Source: Rickettsiales bacterium (GTDB lineage Bacteria; Pseudomonadota; Alphaproteobacteria; Rickettsiales; JABSSG01). Taken from it: 64,000 bases of DNA. The translations under genes and the position numbers were made by a program. The stretch is taken from the NCBI GenBank assembly GCA_047404135.1, contig JBDOIT010000002.1, positions 26,439-90,438 of the forward strand, written 5' to 3'. Of the stretch, positions 15,501 to 24,834 are shown in pieces. Numbering within the stretch: position 1 is the stretch's first letter; each line of letters starts with the position of its first letter. Under the pieces are notes generated by a model, which did not search any database, was not told the DNA's origin, and was given only the letters and a program-made list of their open reading frames with translations.

Positions 15501-15925
15501 GAACAGAGGTGTTTATAGCCGAGGATTATGTCGCAGATTTTGATCTAAGGCTTACCCTATACCGCCGTATTGGGGATTTGCAGGGAGAAGAAGAAATTCA
15601 ATCCTTCGCAGCTGAAATGAACGATAGATTTGGAGAATTGCCGGTAGAGATGGAGAATTTACTTAATATCATCACAATCAAAAATCTATGCTATAAATGC
15701 AATATCTCCAAAATAGATGCTAGCGAAAAAGGATTCGCAATCACCTTTATAGATGGCGGCGAAAAGCTAGCTGATAAGATATTAAAATTCATCCTAAGAA
15801 GGCCCGAGAAAATCAATATTAAGCCAAATAACAGAATTGTGGTGATGAAAAACTTGAAAGACCCGCAAGAACGCAGCTACTACATGGAGAAATTTGTAAA
15901 ATCCCTACTTAGTACACTAAACTAA
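12515..15925 (+). CDS. mfd: Transcription-repair coupling factor Mfd
   Basis: 1136 aa with a TTG start. UvrB-homology N-terminus, SF2 helicase motifs (GDTGFGKTEVA, DEEQHFG, LSATPIPRT) and the TRCF C-terminal domain. Confidence 0.95.
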   Translation: MLEKIFTNNKSIQIGNIVDGSYGYFTDKLSAAQDPDIIIITSDNNRALKIATEVQFFKPNTLLFPGWDSTPYDLVSPSKNILENRIHALSSISESKQNIIVTSIEAIIQKTISKDILNKNTMILSKGDYIDREELLNFLVSNNYTRSSTTNEPGEFSVRGGIVDIFTNGEKHGYRVDFFGDQIEKIKTFDAGTQTSLHEINSITIIPSSELILNDEYTSKFKNNLLNIAGPKIQDLNIFENLRQGIKVNAIEQSLPLFYKTSTILDYLNKPILVFDRFTDKDSEHIFKKIENAYQERKGASDLPASILPPEYLWITMNSYKKIISEKNVISLSLSEEPGSLKSLPLSTPPNFKILSQKNQGNKIKLFKEYLINEYKNNKNIILSAFTKGSQARLGKIMKDHDIVHKICENIPESFQPLLHVIVSPIDEGYLCPEYSFITEKNIFGNAISKLTKKRSNQVKNNSAPASFAMYELVVHHEYGIARFKGLETIDLSYTKHECIKLEYAGKDKLFIPVENINLITKYGSEDSTAQLDSLGTNTWAIKRERAKEKVKKSAAYLMQIAAQRHQKTADKLEIMPGLYEEFCSTFPYVETEDQDNAINAVKEDLGRAKAMDRLVCGDTGFGKTEVAIRAAFIAIKAGKQVALICPTTLLAKQHFKLFKLRLEKFQINVVQLSRLVSAKDTRKNIESIDEGRADLVIGTHALLNDRIKFKDIGLLIIDEEQHFGVAQKEKLKKFKENIHILTLSATPIPRTLQMSLTGLKDLSVISTPPVNRINTKTVITKFDELIIKEALIKEHQRNGKSFYICPRISDLEDIKRLLSRITPSLKIEVVYGKMPPTAIDKIMGDFCDGKFDILLCTSIIESGIDIPTANTMIVHKSDYFGLSQMYQIKGRIGRSNIESFVYFTFASNKAIKETTLTKLEVLQKNNHLGAGFSIASHDMDLRGYGNMVGEAQSGHIKDIGVELYQNMLTEEINKIKVGKEKTKPEPEFTPQINLGTEVFIAEDYVADFDLRLTLYRRIGDLQGEEEIQSFAAEMNDRFGELPVEMENLLNIITIKNLCYKCNISKIDASEKGFAITFIDGGEKLADKILKFILRRPEKINIKPNNRIVVMKNLKDPQERSYYMEKFVKSLLSTLN

Positions 15926-16167
15926 AAATGCAGATTCATACCCTATATAAACGTTGCACCGCCATCCCTTCTGTTGGTCTGATTTGTAAAAATTATCACA
16001 TCACTACCAGATCAATTAGAATATGCGTGTTGTATAAAAACACCTAAAGTCACAACTTAACGCTCCAAATGTTAATGAGCATCAATAACCCCAAGTTGAT
16101 TTAACCAAAAAAAAGACATACAATAAAATCATATAGACTTGGAGATAACGCTTCTTAAATATTATTT

Positions 16168-17124
16168 ATGAGGCTCAAGATGCCAACAGGTTTTTCAGAA
16201 GCATTGCAACAAGAAATACGCTGTAAGGCAGGTTATGACTGTGTAGCACCTAATCATTCCTACCATACAGCATCCGCAGATTTTGATGGAGATGGTAATG
16301 ATGACCTAATTATATATTCACAAGACTCTATAATGTTATTTGCAAAAGGGCTAGGAAATGGTTCCTTTGAATCGCCCTTTAGAACAATTATCGAAGGCAC
16401 AGAACTCACTTCACATGGAAAATTACCATGCAGATCCAGTATAGCGGTAGGTGATTTTAATGGAGATGGCAAGCCAGATATATCCATAACTGGGTTCGTT
16501 GGCAATTGCCCTAGTGTAGATAGCTTACATCTATCTTCAAAAACATTTACATTCTTAAATACAATGGAATGGCCAGCAGCGCCACTGACCACAGAGACAG
16601 CAACCACTGAAACAGGCACTACTAGTACAAGTAATAGCATCACAACATCTAGCTCTACTTCTATGTTTGAACTTGCACAAGACACCCCTACCTCTGACTC
16701 GATTATAGGAAGCTCCACACGTGGATCAACAGAAGATAGCGATATATTAGCAAGGTTAGGTATTCTAGAAGTACAGGTGATGGCTCTACAAGAAGATGAA
16801 AAACCGAACACCCTAGAAATCATTAATCTATCTATTACTGCTCTTACCCTTGTTCTTGGAGGCATTGCACTAGTCTTAGAGCGTGACTTACTATCCCAAA
16901 CATTCGGACTACTCTTAGAGCGAAACTCACGCTCCCAAACATCAGGGGACGCACTCCCCCAAAGCAATGATCTCACAAGCGTTGTTGTGGATCAAAACAG
17001 CTTGGAGTCCTCCATATCAGGAGAAAGCTCTGATTTAAGCCATGAGAGCATTGTCGTAGATCGAAACAGCTTGGAGTCCCCCATATCAGGAAAGAGCTCT
17101 GTTTCAAGTTATGAAGGGTTTTAG
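16168..17124 (+). CDS. FG-GAP/VCBS-repeat protein with Thr/Ser-rich linker, one TM helix and a tandem-repeat C-terminus
   Basis: 318 aa with four parts. First, two Ca-binding-type FG-GAP cores (ADFDGDGNDDLIIY, VGDFNGDGKPDISI). Second, a mucin-like stretch TTETATTETGTTSTSNSITTSSSTS. Third, a hydrophobic segment INLSITALTLVLGGIALVL. Fourth, repeated 13-aa and 23-aa units. No family match beyond the repeats. Confidence 0.6.
   Translation: MRLKMPTGFSEALQQEIRCKAGYDCVAPNHSYHTASADFDGDGNDDLIIYSQDSIMLFAKGLGNGSFESPFRTIIEGTELTSHGKLPCRSSIAVGDFNGDGKPDISITGFVGNCPSVDSLHLSSKTFTFLNTMEWPAAPLTTETATTETGTTSTSNSITTSSSTSMFELAQDTPTSDSIIGSSTRGSTEDSDILARLGILEVQVMALQEDEKPNTLEIINLSITALTLVLGGIALVLERDLLSQTFGLLLERNSRSQTSGDALPQSNDLTSVVVDQNSLESSISGESSDLSHESIVVDRNSLESPISGKSSVSSYEGF
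16870..16947 (+). repeat. 2 x 39-bp in-frame tandem repeat (LVLERDLLSQTFG / LLLERNSRSQTSG)
   Basis: Read directly: ctagtcttagagcgtgacttactatcccaaacattcgga followed by ctactcttagagcgaaactcacgctcccaaacatcaggg. Confidence 0.8.
16984..17121 (+). repeat. 2 x 69-bp in-frame tandem repeat ending at the stop codon (VVDQNSLESSISGESSDLSHESI / VVDRNSLESPISGKSSVSSYEGF)
   Basis: Read directly. Both units share the core gatc(a/g)aaacagcttggagtcc(t/c)ccatatcagga. Confidence 0.85.
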
Positions 17125-17189
17125 GAAAATTAGTCAAATCACGCATCTTATATAGATGCATAAAAAATTGAAAAACAGAAGCAAGCAAT

Positions 17190-17221
17190 AAAAAAGGGTG
17201 GCTGTAACAGCCACCCTTTTT
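17190..17221. terminator. Bidirectional rho-independent terminator between convergent genes
   Basis: AAAAAA-GGGTGGCTG-taa-CAGCCACCC-TTTTT. A perfect 9-bp GC-rich stem flanked by an A-run and a T-run. It lies between the FG-GAP gene (+) and the porin gene (-). Confidence 0.8.
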
Positions 17222-17242
17222 ACTCTTAAGATTCTAACAAAA

Positions 17243-18526
17243 CTAGAAGCTTAACTTAGTACCCATGATAAACGCTGTACCACTTGCTTTATTATTAGTT
17301 TCTGCTGCTGCGGTAATTGTTGCAGCGGTAGATGTACCAGCCCCACCAGCAACACTATCCAGAAGACCACCGGTGTTTGTCAATTTTGCGTCAAAGTGAG
17401 TTAATTCAGCATAAGGCATAATTCCTGCTGCTAGATGATAATCTGCACCTAAAGAGAAAACGTGAGATTTGTTTTTGCTCTTCTTACCGTAAATATACGT
17501 TAGACTTGTTACAACTTTATCAAACTCATAGCTTGCGCCAGCTGTTGCATAGTAACCTTTTGAAATATTAGCAATAGGTCTTTGGAATCCAGTTTTACCT
17601 GTGCGTCCAATAGATACAGCACCCTTCATCTTTTTGTGTGACATCATACCACCTATGTCAAAAGCAGAGATTTTGTTGGATTGAATACCATTGGTGTCAT
17701 TTCTCACTTTACCTTGCATCATTACAGCAGATAAAGATGTAGCAATGTCATTACCCATAGTACCTTCCCAAGCAAGACCAGCAGATACTACATTATGTGC
17801 ACCAGCTGCTGCAGCACCAGCTGCTGCTACGCGAGGTAATGAAGAAGCGGAACCTAAGTTTGCTGAATCAGGTGTGTAAGAAAGACCAATTTGGAAACCA
17901 TTCATTTTAGGTGAATAGTAGTTAATCTTACGAGCTTTCTCTTGAATAGCGTTATTAGTGAGAGTTTCAAAGTCTAGTGCATTGTCACCAACGTTCCAAG
18001 GAGTCAAATTGAATTCAGCAAAAGAAGCGGTACTAGCGACGCCAAACACTTCTGTGTTAAGAATCTTGAACCAATCACCTGAGATACCACCTGTTGCTGT
18101 TGCAACTCTATCGGCACCAATTCTCATTGACTCAGACACATCGTTGTTGGAACCTAATTCTACACGACCCATGTCCGCATGCTCCATCCACAACCAACTT
18201 CTGTTTAGTGCTGAGTTAGGATTTGAAGAACTAACAGTTTGTGCTCCAAGGCCAATATGTGCACCATACTCTAATCCTTTAGCAGTAGAGTTTTTTGCTT
18301 CAACAAAAATTCGAGCTTCTGTATCGAGAGCAAAGTTTTTATTATTTGCTGTGAGCCTAGTAAGACCTTTGTTTTTTAAGTCTCTAAAAATAAGTTTAGC
18401 ATCGTACTGACCCCCGATCTTCACGCTCATATCATTGTGCATTGATGGAGCAGGTCCACCAGCAAATGCACTTCCAGCAACTAAGCTAACTAAAGCTGTT
18501 GTTGCAAGTAACTTTTGTTTCATCAT
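17243..18526 (-). CDS. Outer-membrane porin (alphaproteobacterial Porin_2-like beta-barrel)
   Basis: Signal peptide MMKQKLLATTALVSLVAGSAFA. Alternating Gly/aromatic beta-strand pattern throughout, and a C-terminal OMP signature ...GTKLSF. I prefer the start at MMKQK (18526), with AGGT upstream, over the tracked 18592. Confidence 0.72.
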   Translation of the reverse strand: MMKQKLLATTALVSLVAGSAFAGGPAPSMHNDMSVKIGGQYDAKLIFRDLKNKGLTRLTANNKNFALDTEARIFVEAKNSTAKGLEYGAHIGLGAQTVSSSNPNSALNRSWLWMEHADMGRVELGSNNDVSESMRIGADRVATATGGISGDWFKILNTEVFGVASTASFAEFNLTPWNVGDNALDFETLTNNAIQEKARKINYYSPKMNGFQIGLSYTPDSANLGSASSLPRVAAAGAAAAGAHNVVSAGLAWEGTMGNDIATSLSAVMMQGKVRNDTNGIQSNKISAFDIGGMMSHKKMKGAVSIGRTGKTGFQRPIANISKGYYATAGASYEFDKVVTSLTYIYGKKSKNKSHVFSLGADYHLAAGIMPYAELTHFDAKLTNTGGLLDSVAGGAGTSTAATITAAAETNNKASGTAFIMGTKLSF

Positions 18527-18727
18527 AACATTACCTAATTTAATTAAAAAAAAACGATCTTCCTTCAAAAAAGACCCAACCCCCGCCAACAAAATTGTGG
18601 CGCATCGTTACAAACATTATACGCACTTACTTCCTTACCAGACAAGGACTAAGAAACTATCCGTTGGTACTTTCAAAAAAACTTCAGATTTTTTGTGACA
18701 CAAAAACCACAAGCTTTGTTTACTATT

Positions 18728-18985
18728 TTATTTCAAAAACTTATCAACTCCATCTATGCAATCTAATTCAAGCAAATCATCACACCCTCCTATATGGCGT
18801 TCTCCAACAAAGATTTGAGGGACCGTTTTTTGACCATTAGATCTATCTGTTAACTTTTGGCGCTTCTCTGGATCGTTACCAACATCTATTTCTTGGTAAT
18901 CTGCTCCTTTGCTTTCTAAAAATGCCTTTGCTCTTATACAAAAGGGGCACCCCTGCTTTGTGTATATTGTAATTTTTTGTCCCAT
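18728..18985 (-). CDS. grxC: Glutaredoxin 3
   Basis: 85 aa. CPFC active site, TVPQIF and GGCDDL motifs. Confidence 0.9.
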   Translation of the reverse strand: MGQKITIYTKQGCPFCIRAKAFLESKGADYQEIDVGNDPEKRQKLTDRSNGQKTVPQIFVGERHIGGCDDLLELDCIDGVDKFLK

Positions 18986-19040
18986 AATTCCCTATTTTAT
19001 TATATACTGCACCAACGCAGATTTTAGGATATGAGATTAG

Positions 19041-21017
19041 ATGAGTAAAAGTCAATTTAAAATAGATACAGCATATATTGCAGCAGGAGACCAACCCTAC
19101 GCCATCTCTGCTCTTATCAAAGGTCTTGAAGAAAAAAAGAAAGATCAAGTATTGCTAGGTGTCACCGGATCTGGGAAGACCTTCACCATGGCTAATGTCA
19201 TCAAGAAAACAGGAAGGCCCGCTCTTATACTGGCGCCTAATAAAACTCTCGCAGCGCAACTATATATGGAGATGAGGAGTTTCTTCCCTGAGAGTCATGT
19301 AGAATATTTTGTTTCCTATTATGATTATTATCAGCCAGAAGCTTATGTCGCAAAGAGAGACTTATATATAGAGAAAGATGCATCGATTAATGATCAGATT
19401 AACATCATGCGTCACTCCGCAACGCGCTCTTTGTTTGAAGAAAGAGATGTTATTATAGTAGCGTCGGTATCTTGTATATATGGGCTTGGTTCTCCGGAAT
19501 CTTATTCTTCTATGACAAGTGACCTTACTGTTGGCGCTAAAAAAGATAGAAACGAATTCTCCAAGGAGCTAGTCAGCTTACAGTATTCAAGGAACGATTT
19601 AGAATTGCTTCAAGGTAGATTCAGAATGCGTGGTGACACTCTTGATTTATACCCACCTCACATACAGAACAAAGCATGGAGAATTGAATTTTTTGGAAAT
19701 ATTGTGGATTCAATTTCAGAGATTGATATTGTCACCGGAAAGAAAATCAAGAAGATGGAGAAAATAGTGATCTATGCAAATAGCCACTACATTTCCTCAA
19801 AAGAAGCAGTAAGTGCAGCAATAGAACATATAAAACGGGACCTCCAAAAACGCTTAGATGAACTCTATGGGAATAATCGTCTAGTAGAAGCTCAGCGCCT
19901 TAGAGAAAGGACTGAACTTGATATTGAAATGATGATTGAGACTAATACATGCAAAGGAATTGAAAATTACTCTAGGTATCTAACAGGAAGAGCCCCTGGG
20001 GAACCCCCTCCTACGTTATTTGAATACATTCCTAAAGATTCCCTTCTTTTTGTCGATGAAAGCCATATTACTGTTCCACAACTTCATGCTATGTATAATG
20101 GAGATAGAGCAAGAAAAATCCAGCTTGTAGATTACGGATTTAGATTACCCGTAGCTCTTGACAACAGGCCCCTAAAATTTGACGAATGGGATAAAATACG
20201 CCCGCAAACAGTTTTTATATCTGCAACACCTGCAAATTATGAGCTAGATCTTGTAGATAATAATTTTGTAGAGCAAATCATTAGACCCACGGGGTTACTA
20301 GATCCAGTATGCGAAATCAAACCTGTTGAACATCAAATTGACGATTTGAAAGAAGAAATTAAAAAGAGAATAGCAATAAACCAGAGAACCTTAGTTACAA
20401 CATTAACAAAAAAAATGTCAGAGAAGCTTGCAGATTACCTGATGGACCAAGGGATAGCGGTATCCTATCTGCATTCCGAGGTTAACGCACTAGAAAGAGT
20501 AGAAATTCTAAACGACCTCAGAAAAGGACATATAGATGTAATAGTTGGAATTAATTTGCTGAGAGAGGGGATAGACATCCCAGAATGCTCTTTAGTTGCA
20601 ATTTTAGATGCGGACAAGGAAGGCTTCCTCCGATCAGAAACATCTTTGATTCAAACAATAGGTAGAGCCGCAAGACATGCGGATGGAAAGGTAATTCTAT
20701 ACGCAGATACTATCACGCAATCTATAAAAAGAGCACTCAGCGAAACAGAGAGAAGAAGAAACACACAAATGGAGTATAACAAAAAACATGGCATTACTCC
20801 ACGATCAATAATCAAAGAATTGTCAGCACCTATGTTTTCAGAGGAAAAAGAGGGATGCGCAGTTGAGGATTTTAATCCAGAGACCGATAAAAATGCATCC
20901 GATTATATTGCACTACTTAAAACACAAATGCTTGCCGCAGCGGAGGATTTGGAGTTTGAAAAAGCTGCAAAATTACGAGATAAAATAGACCTCATAGAGA
21001 AAAACAACTTGAAGTAA
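19041..21017 (+). CDS. uvrB: Excinuclease ABC subunit B
   Basis: 658 aa. Walker A GVTGSGKTFT, DESH box, helicase motifs and a C-terminal UVR domain (EDLEFEKAAKLRDKI). Confidence 0.97.
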   Translation: MSKSQFKIDTAYIAAGDQPYAISALIKGLEEKKKDQVLLGVTGSGKTFTMANVIKKTGRPALILAPNKTLAAQLYMEMRSFFPESHVEYFVSYYDYYQPEAYVAKRDLYIEKDASINDQINIMRHSATRSLFEERDVIIVASVSCIYGLGSPESYSSMTSDLTVGAKKDRNEFSKELVSLQYSRNDLELLQGRFRMRGDTLDLYPPHIQNKAWRIEFFGNIVDSISEIDIVTGKKIKKMEKIVIYANSHYISSKEAVSAAIEHIKRDLQKRLDELYGNNRLVEAQRLRERTELDIEMMIETNTCKGIENYSRYLTGRAPGEPPPTLFEYIPKDSLLFVDESHITVPQLHAMYNGDRARKIQLVDYGFRLPVALDNRPLKFDEWDKIRPQTVFISATPANYELDLVDNNFVEQIIRPTGLLDPVCEIKPVEHQIDDLKEEIKKRIAINQRTLVTTLTKKMSEKLADYLMDQGIAVSYLHSEVNALERVEILNDLRKGHIDVIVGINLLREGIDIPECSLVAILDADKEGFLRSETSLIQTIGRAARHADGKVILYADTITQSIKRALSETERRRNTQMEYNKKHGITPRSIIKELSAPMFSEEKEGCAVEDFNPETDKNASDYIALLKTQMLAAAEDLEFEKAAKLRDKIDLIEKNNLK

Positions 21018-21488
21018 AGAGTTGTGCCTATAGAATACCATTAATAGCACACAGAGCTCCTTATAAAAATCTTGTTTTCGCAAAAAAGCAAACGTACTAT
21101 TTTCTATTGAGATCTGAAATATTTATCAAAAAATCTGCTTTCCTGTAGACTCCTATCCTTCACGACGGGTACAAAAAAGCTACCTCAAAACCTCATTAAG
21201 AGATAGCCTTTATTGCTCTGCGCAAAATTTCTTGGGGGTTTATTTGGGGATTTAACTTTTTATGCGGAACATCCAAAGCAAAGTAATTTTTATAGAAACA
21301 CTATTTAAAATGCTGCCTTTATACAATCTCTTCAGGCTTAGCTTTTAGACCAAAAAAACTATGACACAAACATAAAAGAAAAGTTTAACGCTAGTTTTCA
21401 TACCCTAACCTCACAAATATGATAATTAATACCATTATACTGCAAAATGGTAAACTCTTCGTTAACATTAAAAATACACGCTTTTAGC

Positions 21489-21517
21489 TTGACACGCCCA
21501 CAAAAACAAAGTAAAAA
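21489..21517 (+). promoter_or_regulatory. Candidate sigma70-type promoter for rpsT
   Basis: Perfect TTGACA (21489-21494), a 17-nt spacer, then TAAAAA (21512-21517). Sits about 37 nt upstream of the rpsT ATG. Confidence 0.35.
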
Positions 21518-21553
21518 AACGCCTAGTTAATTTCAAAAACGAGTAACAGATAA

Positions 21554-21817
21554 ATGGCTAATCACAAGTCTTCAAAGAAATCCATTCGTAAAACAGAGAG
21601 ACGCACTCTAGTTAATAGAATGGCTGTAAGCAAACTAAGAACAACTATAAAAAAATTAATTGAATTCATTGAAAAAGGTGACAAAAAATCTGCTTTAGAT
21701 TTTTTCCCCCAAGCTCAATCTGAGATAATGAAAAATGTTACTAAAGGTTCTTTGAAGAAAAATACTGCTTCAAGAAGAATAAGCAGACTAGTGGCTCAAA
21801 TAAAGAAAATCGCCTAA
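21554..21817 (+). CDS. rpsT: 30S ribosomal protein S20
   Basis: 87 aa. MANHKSSKKSIRKTERR... is a typical S20 N-terminus, and the protein is basic and helical. Confidence 0.95.
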   Translation: MANHKSSKKSIRKTERRTLVNRMAVSKLRTTIKKLIEFIEKGDKKSALDFFPQAQSEIMKNVTKGSLKKNTASRRISRLVAQIKKIA

Positions 21818-21955
21818 TAATTCATTGTTCTTTTACAACCTATTTTCAAGATTCTAGACACTTTTCTTTTTTATAGGTTTAATAGATTTCCTTTATGACG
21901 CTATTGCATTATGTTTGGACTAATAACACCCCTGAACTAGATTATTGAAATTAGA

Positions 21956-23206
21956 ATGAAACAATGGAAAATACTACTTGCATCTATTCTAGGTAACACC
22001 CTAGAGTATTACGAATTCTCAATTTTTGCAGTTTTTGCAGTGCAGATAGGTCAAGCATTCTTTCCCAGCCAAGAGAGTGTCAATCAAATACTACTCACAT
22101 TAGCGCTTTTTGGAGCTGGTTTTTTATCTAGACCACTAGGATCTGCGATCTTTGGTCACATAGGAGATAAATTAGGCAGAAAGAGATCATTAATCCTCAC
22201 TATAACAGGTATGTCCATTGCCACCTTTGGGATAGGTTTAATGCCAAGTTATAACAGCATAGGAATTATTGCGCCGATATCATTGCTGATATTAAGGCTA
22301 CTACAAGGATTCTTTATAGGAGGAGAAGGAGCTGGATCTGCTGTTTATGTACTAGAACACCAAATGAAAATGGATAGAAATATCGTAGGTGGATTCCTAA
22401 TAACATCTAATATTTCTGGAATTATCATAGCAAGCATAGTTGGTTTGATTATTACAAAAACAGTTGGATTGGATCAAGCCACATGGAGATATGCCTTTAT
22501 AGCAGGTGGTCTAGCTGGGGTAATAATCAGCTATATGAGACTAACATTGCCAGAATCCGAGAAATTCAATAAATTAGAAGAATCGGAAAAACATAAAGTA
22601 CCTCTGTTTAATTTGTTTACAAAATACTGGAAACAAGTACTTGTAGTAGTAAGCTTTGCTGGATTTTCTTCTGGGGTTTCCTATATAGTCAAAGGTTACC
22701 TTTCTGTGCATTTCCAAAAATTCATGAGTTTGAGCCCATACACCTCTTTCTTATTGCTAATGTACACAACATTAATATTTGCTATTTTACCGCCCTTTTG
22801 GGGTATCTTGTCTAAAAGATATACATACAGAAAGCTTCTAAGAGTAACCTCCGTAGTCATAGCCATACTATACGTGCCAATCTTCATTTTGATCTCTACA
22901 CCAAATTACTATGCCCTTATTGGGGGGCTAACTTTAATGGCAATGATTGCATCTGCCATACTAACGCCAACCTATATTTACTTCTCTGATCTATTCCCAA
23001 CATCTTTAAGATATTCTGGCGTTGCTGTAAGTTTCAATATAGGTATAACCTTGATAGGAGGGTTCACTCCAGTGATGTCTACTTATCTTGTAGACACGAC
23101 CTCTATACCTTATGCTCCTGCTTTCTATATAGTAGCTCTTGCGGTATTTTACTTAATCCTAGAATCATTCATGCATAGTCGCATAGAATATTTTGACAAA
23201 GACTAA
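21956..23206 (+). CDS. MFS transporter, ProP-like (proline/betaine-type) family
   Basis: 416 aa, about 12 hydrophobic segments. MFS motif A GHIGDKLGRKRSL. The N-terminus ILGNTLEYYEFSIFA is typical of the metabolite:H+ symporter (ProP) subfamily, which is expanded in Rickettsiales. Confidence 0.8.
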   Translation: MKQWKILLASILGNTLEYYEFSIFAVFAVQIGQAFFPSQESVNQILLTLALFGAGFLSRPLGSAIFGHIGDKLGRKRSLILTITGMSIATFGIGLMPSYNSIGIIAPISLLILRLLQGFFIGGEGAGSAVYVLEHQMKMDRNIVGGFLITSNISGIIIASIVGLIITKTVGLDQATWRYAFIAGGLAGVIISYMRLTLPESEKFNKLEESEKHKVPLFNLFTKYWKQVLVVVSFAGFSSGVSYIVKGYLSVHFQKFMSLSPYTSFLLLMYTTLIFAILPPFWGILSKRYTYRKLLRVTSVVIAILYVPIFILISTPNYYALIGGLTLMAMIASAILTPTYIYFSDLFPTSLRYSGVAVSFNIGITLIGGFTPVMSTYLVDTTSIPYAPAFYIVALAVFYLILESFMHSRIEYFDKD

Positions 23207-23341
23207 CTTCTCAAGATTTTCACTTCAATATAATTCTCCATCAAGTCTCTTAAGATAGCACCCTCTAGTTCATGATTGCTATTATTAAAATCTTATACTT
23301 AGCTATTTGGATCATATATCCACAATAACATTGATCGAGCA

Positions 23342-24832
23342 CTAGTTTTCTAAAAACTTACTCTTTAGGAAGTCTTTATACCACTCTACATCCAAATCTC
23401 GTTGTGTAACTTTAGTTACCAGCTCAGAGACGTCCATTAAGCTACCTTGCGAATGGATATTATTGCGCAGCCATTTCACAATAGGTTTAAAATTCCCAGA
23501 TTTTACATTCTCCAAAGTATCTTTATTCTCTGCCTTCATTTTGTCAAAAAACTGAGCGCTCAGCATAGAACCAAGCATGTATGTTGGGAAGTAACAAAAT
23601 ATTCCATTATACCAATGCATATCTTGCAAACATCCTTCTGCATCATTCTCTGGCTTAACGCCTAGATACTCTTTCATTTTATCATTCCACGCCTCTGGAA
23701 GATCTTCTAACGGCAGGCTACCATTCAGAATATCCCTTTCTAATTCAAATCTTAAAATCACATGTAGAAGATATGTAACTTCATCAGCATCTACTCGTAT
23801 CATAGAAGGAGTTACTTTATTTCTCATTCTATACATATTTTCAGCCGTACAGCCTTTTCCTGATATACCCAGGATTTTTTTCACATGAGGCACAAGGAAC
23901 TCACAAAATTCTTTACTACGAGATACTTGTATCTCCATAAGCAAAGATTGGCTTTCATGCACAGACATTCCCAAATGACCGCCAACTGGCTGCAAGATAT
24001 ATTTTTCTGGAAGACCTAGTTGGTACATCGCATGCCCTGTTTCGTGAATAACACCCATCAAGCTAGATATAAAGTTGCTTTCATCGTAACGTGTTGTAAT
24101 TCTAACATCTCTTGTTCCGCCCCCGCAGAATGGATGTACAGATTTATCCAACCTACCTAGCTTAAAATCAAAACCCAATGTCTTCATGCAGAAAAGACTC
24201 AGCTCTTTCTGCTTAAATTCATCTATTTTTTTTGGCTTGATATCCTCTTTCTTCCAGCTTTTTTGCTTTTCTACTACATCCTTCACAAACCCAGGTAAAA
24301 AGCTCTTTAAGCTATATACTATCTTCTCCAAATCATCTACACTCCTGTTAGGGTCATATATATCTAACAATGCGGTATATGTGTCCGTATGTAAATAATT
24401 TGCCCTAGCATCTGCTGTATCCTTTACAAGGCTAACCAGGTTTTTAAAGGAAGGCAGTATATGCTTGAAAGATTTTCTTTTACGTGCCTCTACCCATACT
24501 GTGCCGCACTCCATAGATGCTTTTGTTAGAGCTTCTGAAAGCTTGGAATCAACAGAAAGAATAGAATCTCTTCCCTTCCTAATAAGCCTCAAATTCTTTT
24601 TTTCCCATTTTCCTAAGTTGGCAGTTTGGACATTTTCAAGCAGCTCTCCAAATCTCTTAGATGACATAATTTTATGTGACAAGTCTTGCAGTAATGCCAA
24701 CTCTTCTGACCTGTAAGGCATTACTCCTTCTGGAATCTTTGTTCTGGAATCCCAATGCATAATCCCTGCAATGCTTTCCAAGTGACTTATTTTTTCTACT
24801 AAATCTGTTAATTGTAAATATGAACCTTTCAT
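23342..24832 (-). CDS. Carboxypeptidase Taq-type metallopeptidase (M32)
   Basis: 496 aa. HPF, DVRITTRY, the zinc motif HETGHAMY (HExxH), HESQS and IRVDADEVTY, all M32 hallmarks. Confidence 0.9.
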   Translation of the reverse strand: MKGSYLQLTDLVEKISHLESIAGIMHWDSRTKIPEGVMPYRSEELALLQDLSHKIMSSKRFGELLENVQTANLGKWEKKNLRLIRKGRDSILSVDSKLSEALTKASMECGTVWVEARKRKSFKHILPSFKNLVSLVKDTADARANYLHTDTYTALLDIYDPNRSVDDLEKIVYSLKSFLPGFVKDVVEKQKSWKKEDIKPKKIDEFKQKELSLFCMKTLGFDFKLGRLDKSVHPFCGGGTRDVRITTRYDESNFISSLMGVIHETGHAMYQLGLPEKYILQPVGGHLGMSVHESQSLLMEIQVSRSKEFCEFLVPHVKKILGISGKGCTAENMYRMRNKVTPSMIRVDADEVTYLLHVILRFELERDILNGSLPLEDLPEAWNDKMKEYLGVKPENDAEGCLQDMHWYNGIFCYFPTYMLGSMLSAQFFDKMKAENKDTLENVKSGNFKPIVKWLRNNIHSQGSLMDVSELVTKVTQRDLDVEWYKDFLKSKFLEN

Positions 24833-24834
24833 CC

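Noticed and set aside
16260-16976. A 238-aa ORF on the minus strand, lying entirely inside the FG-GAP gene.
   Set aside because: The plus-strand frame carries recognisable FG-GAP Ca-binding motifs, a TM helix and in-frame repeats. The minus-strand product is low-complexity Ser/Val/Pro-rich with no motif. It is an antisense shadow ORF.
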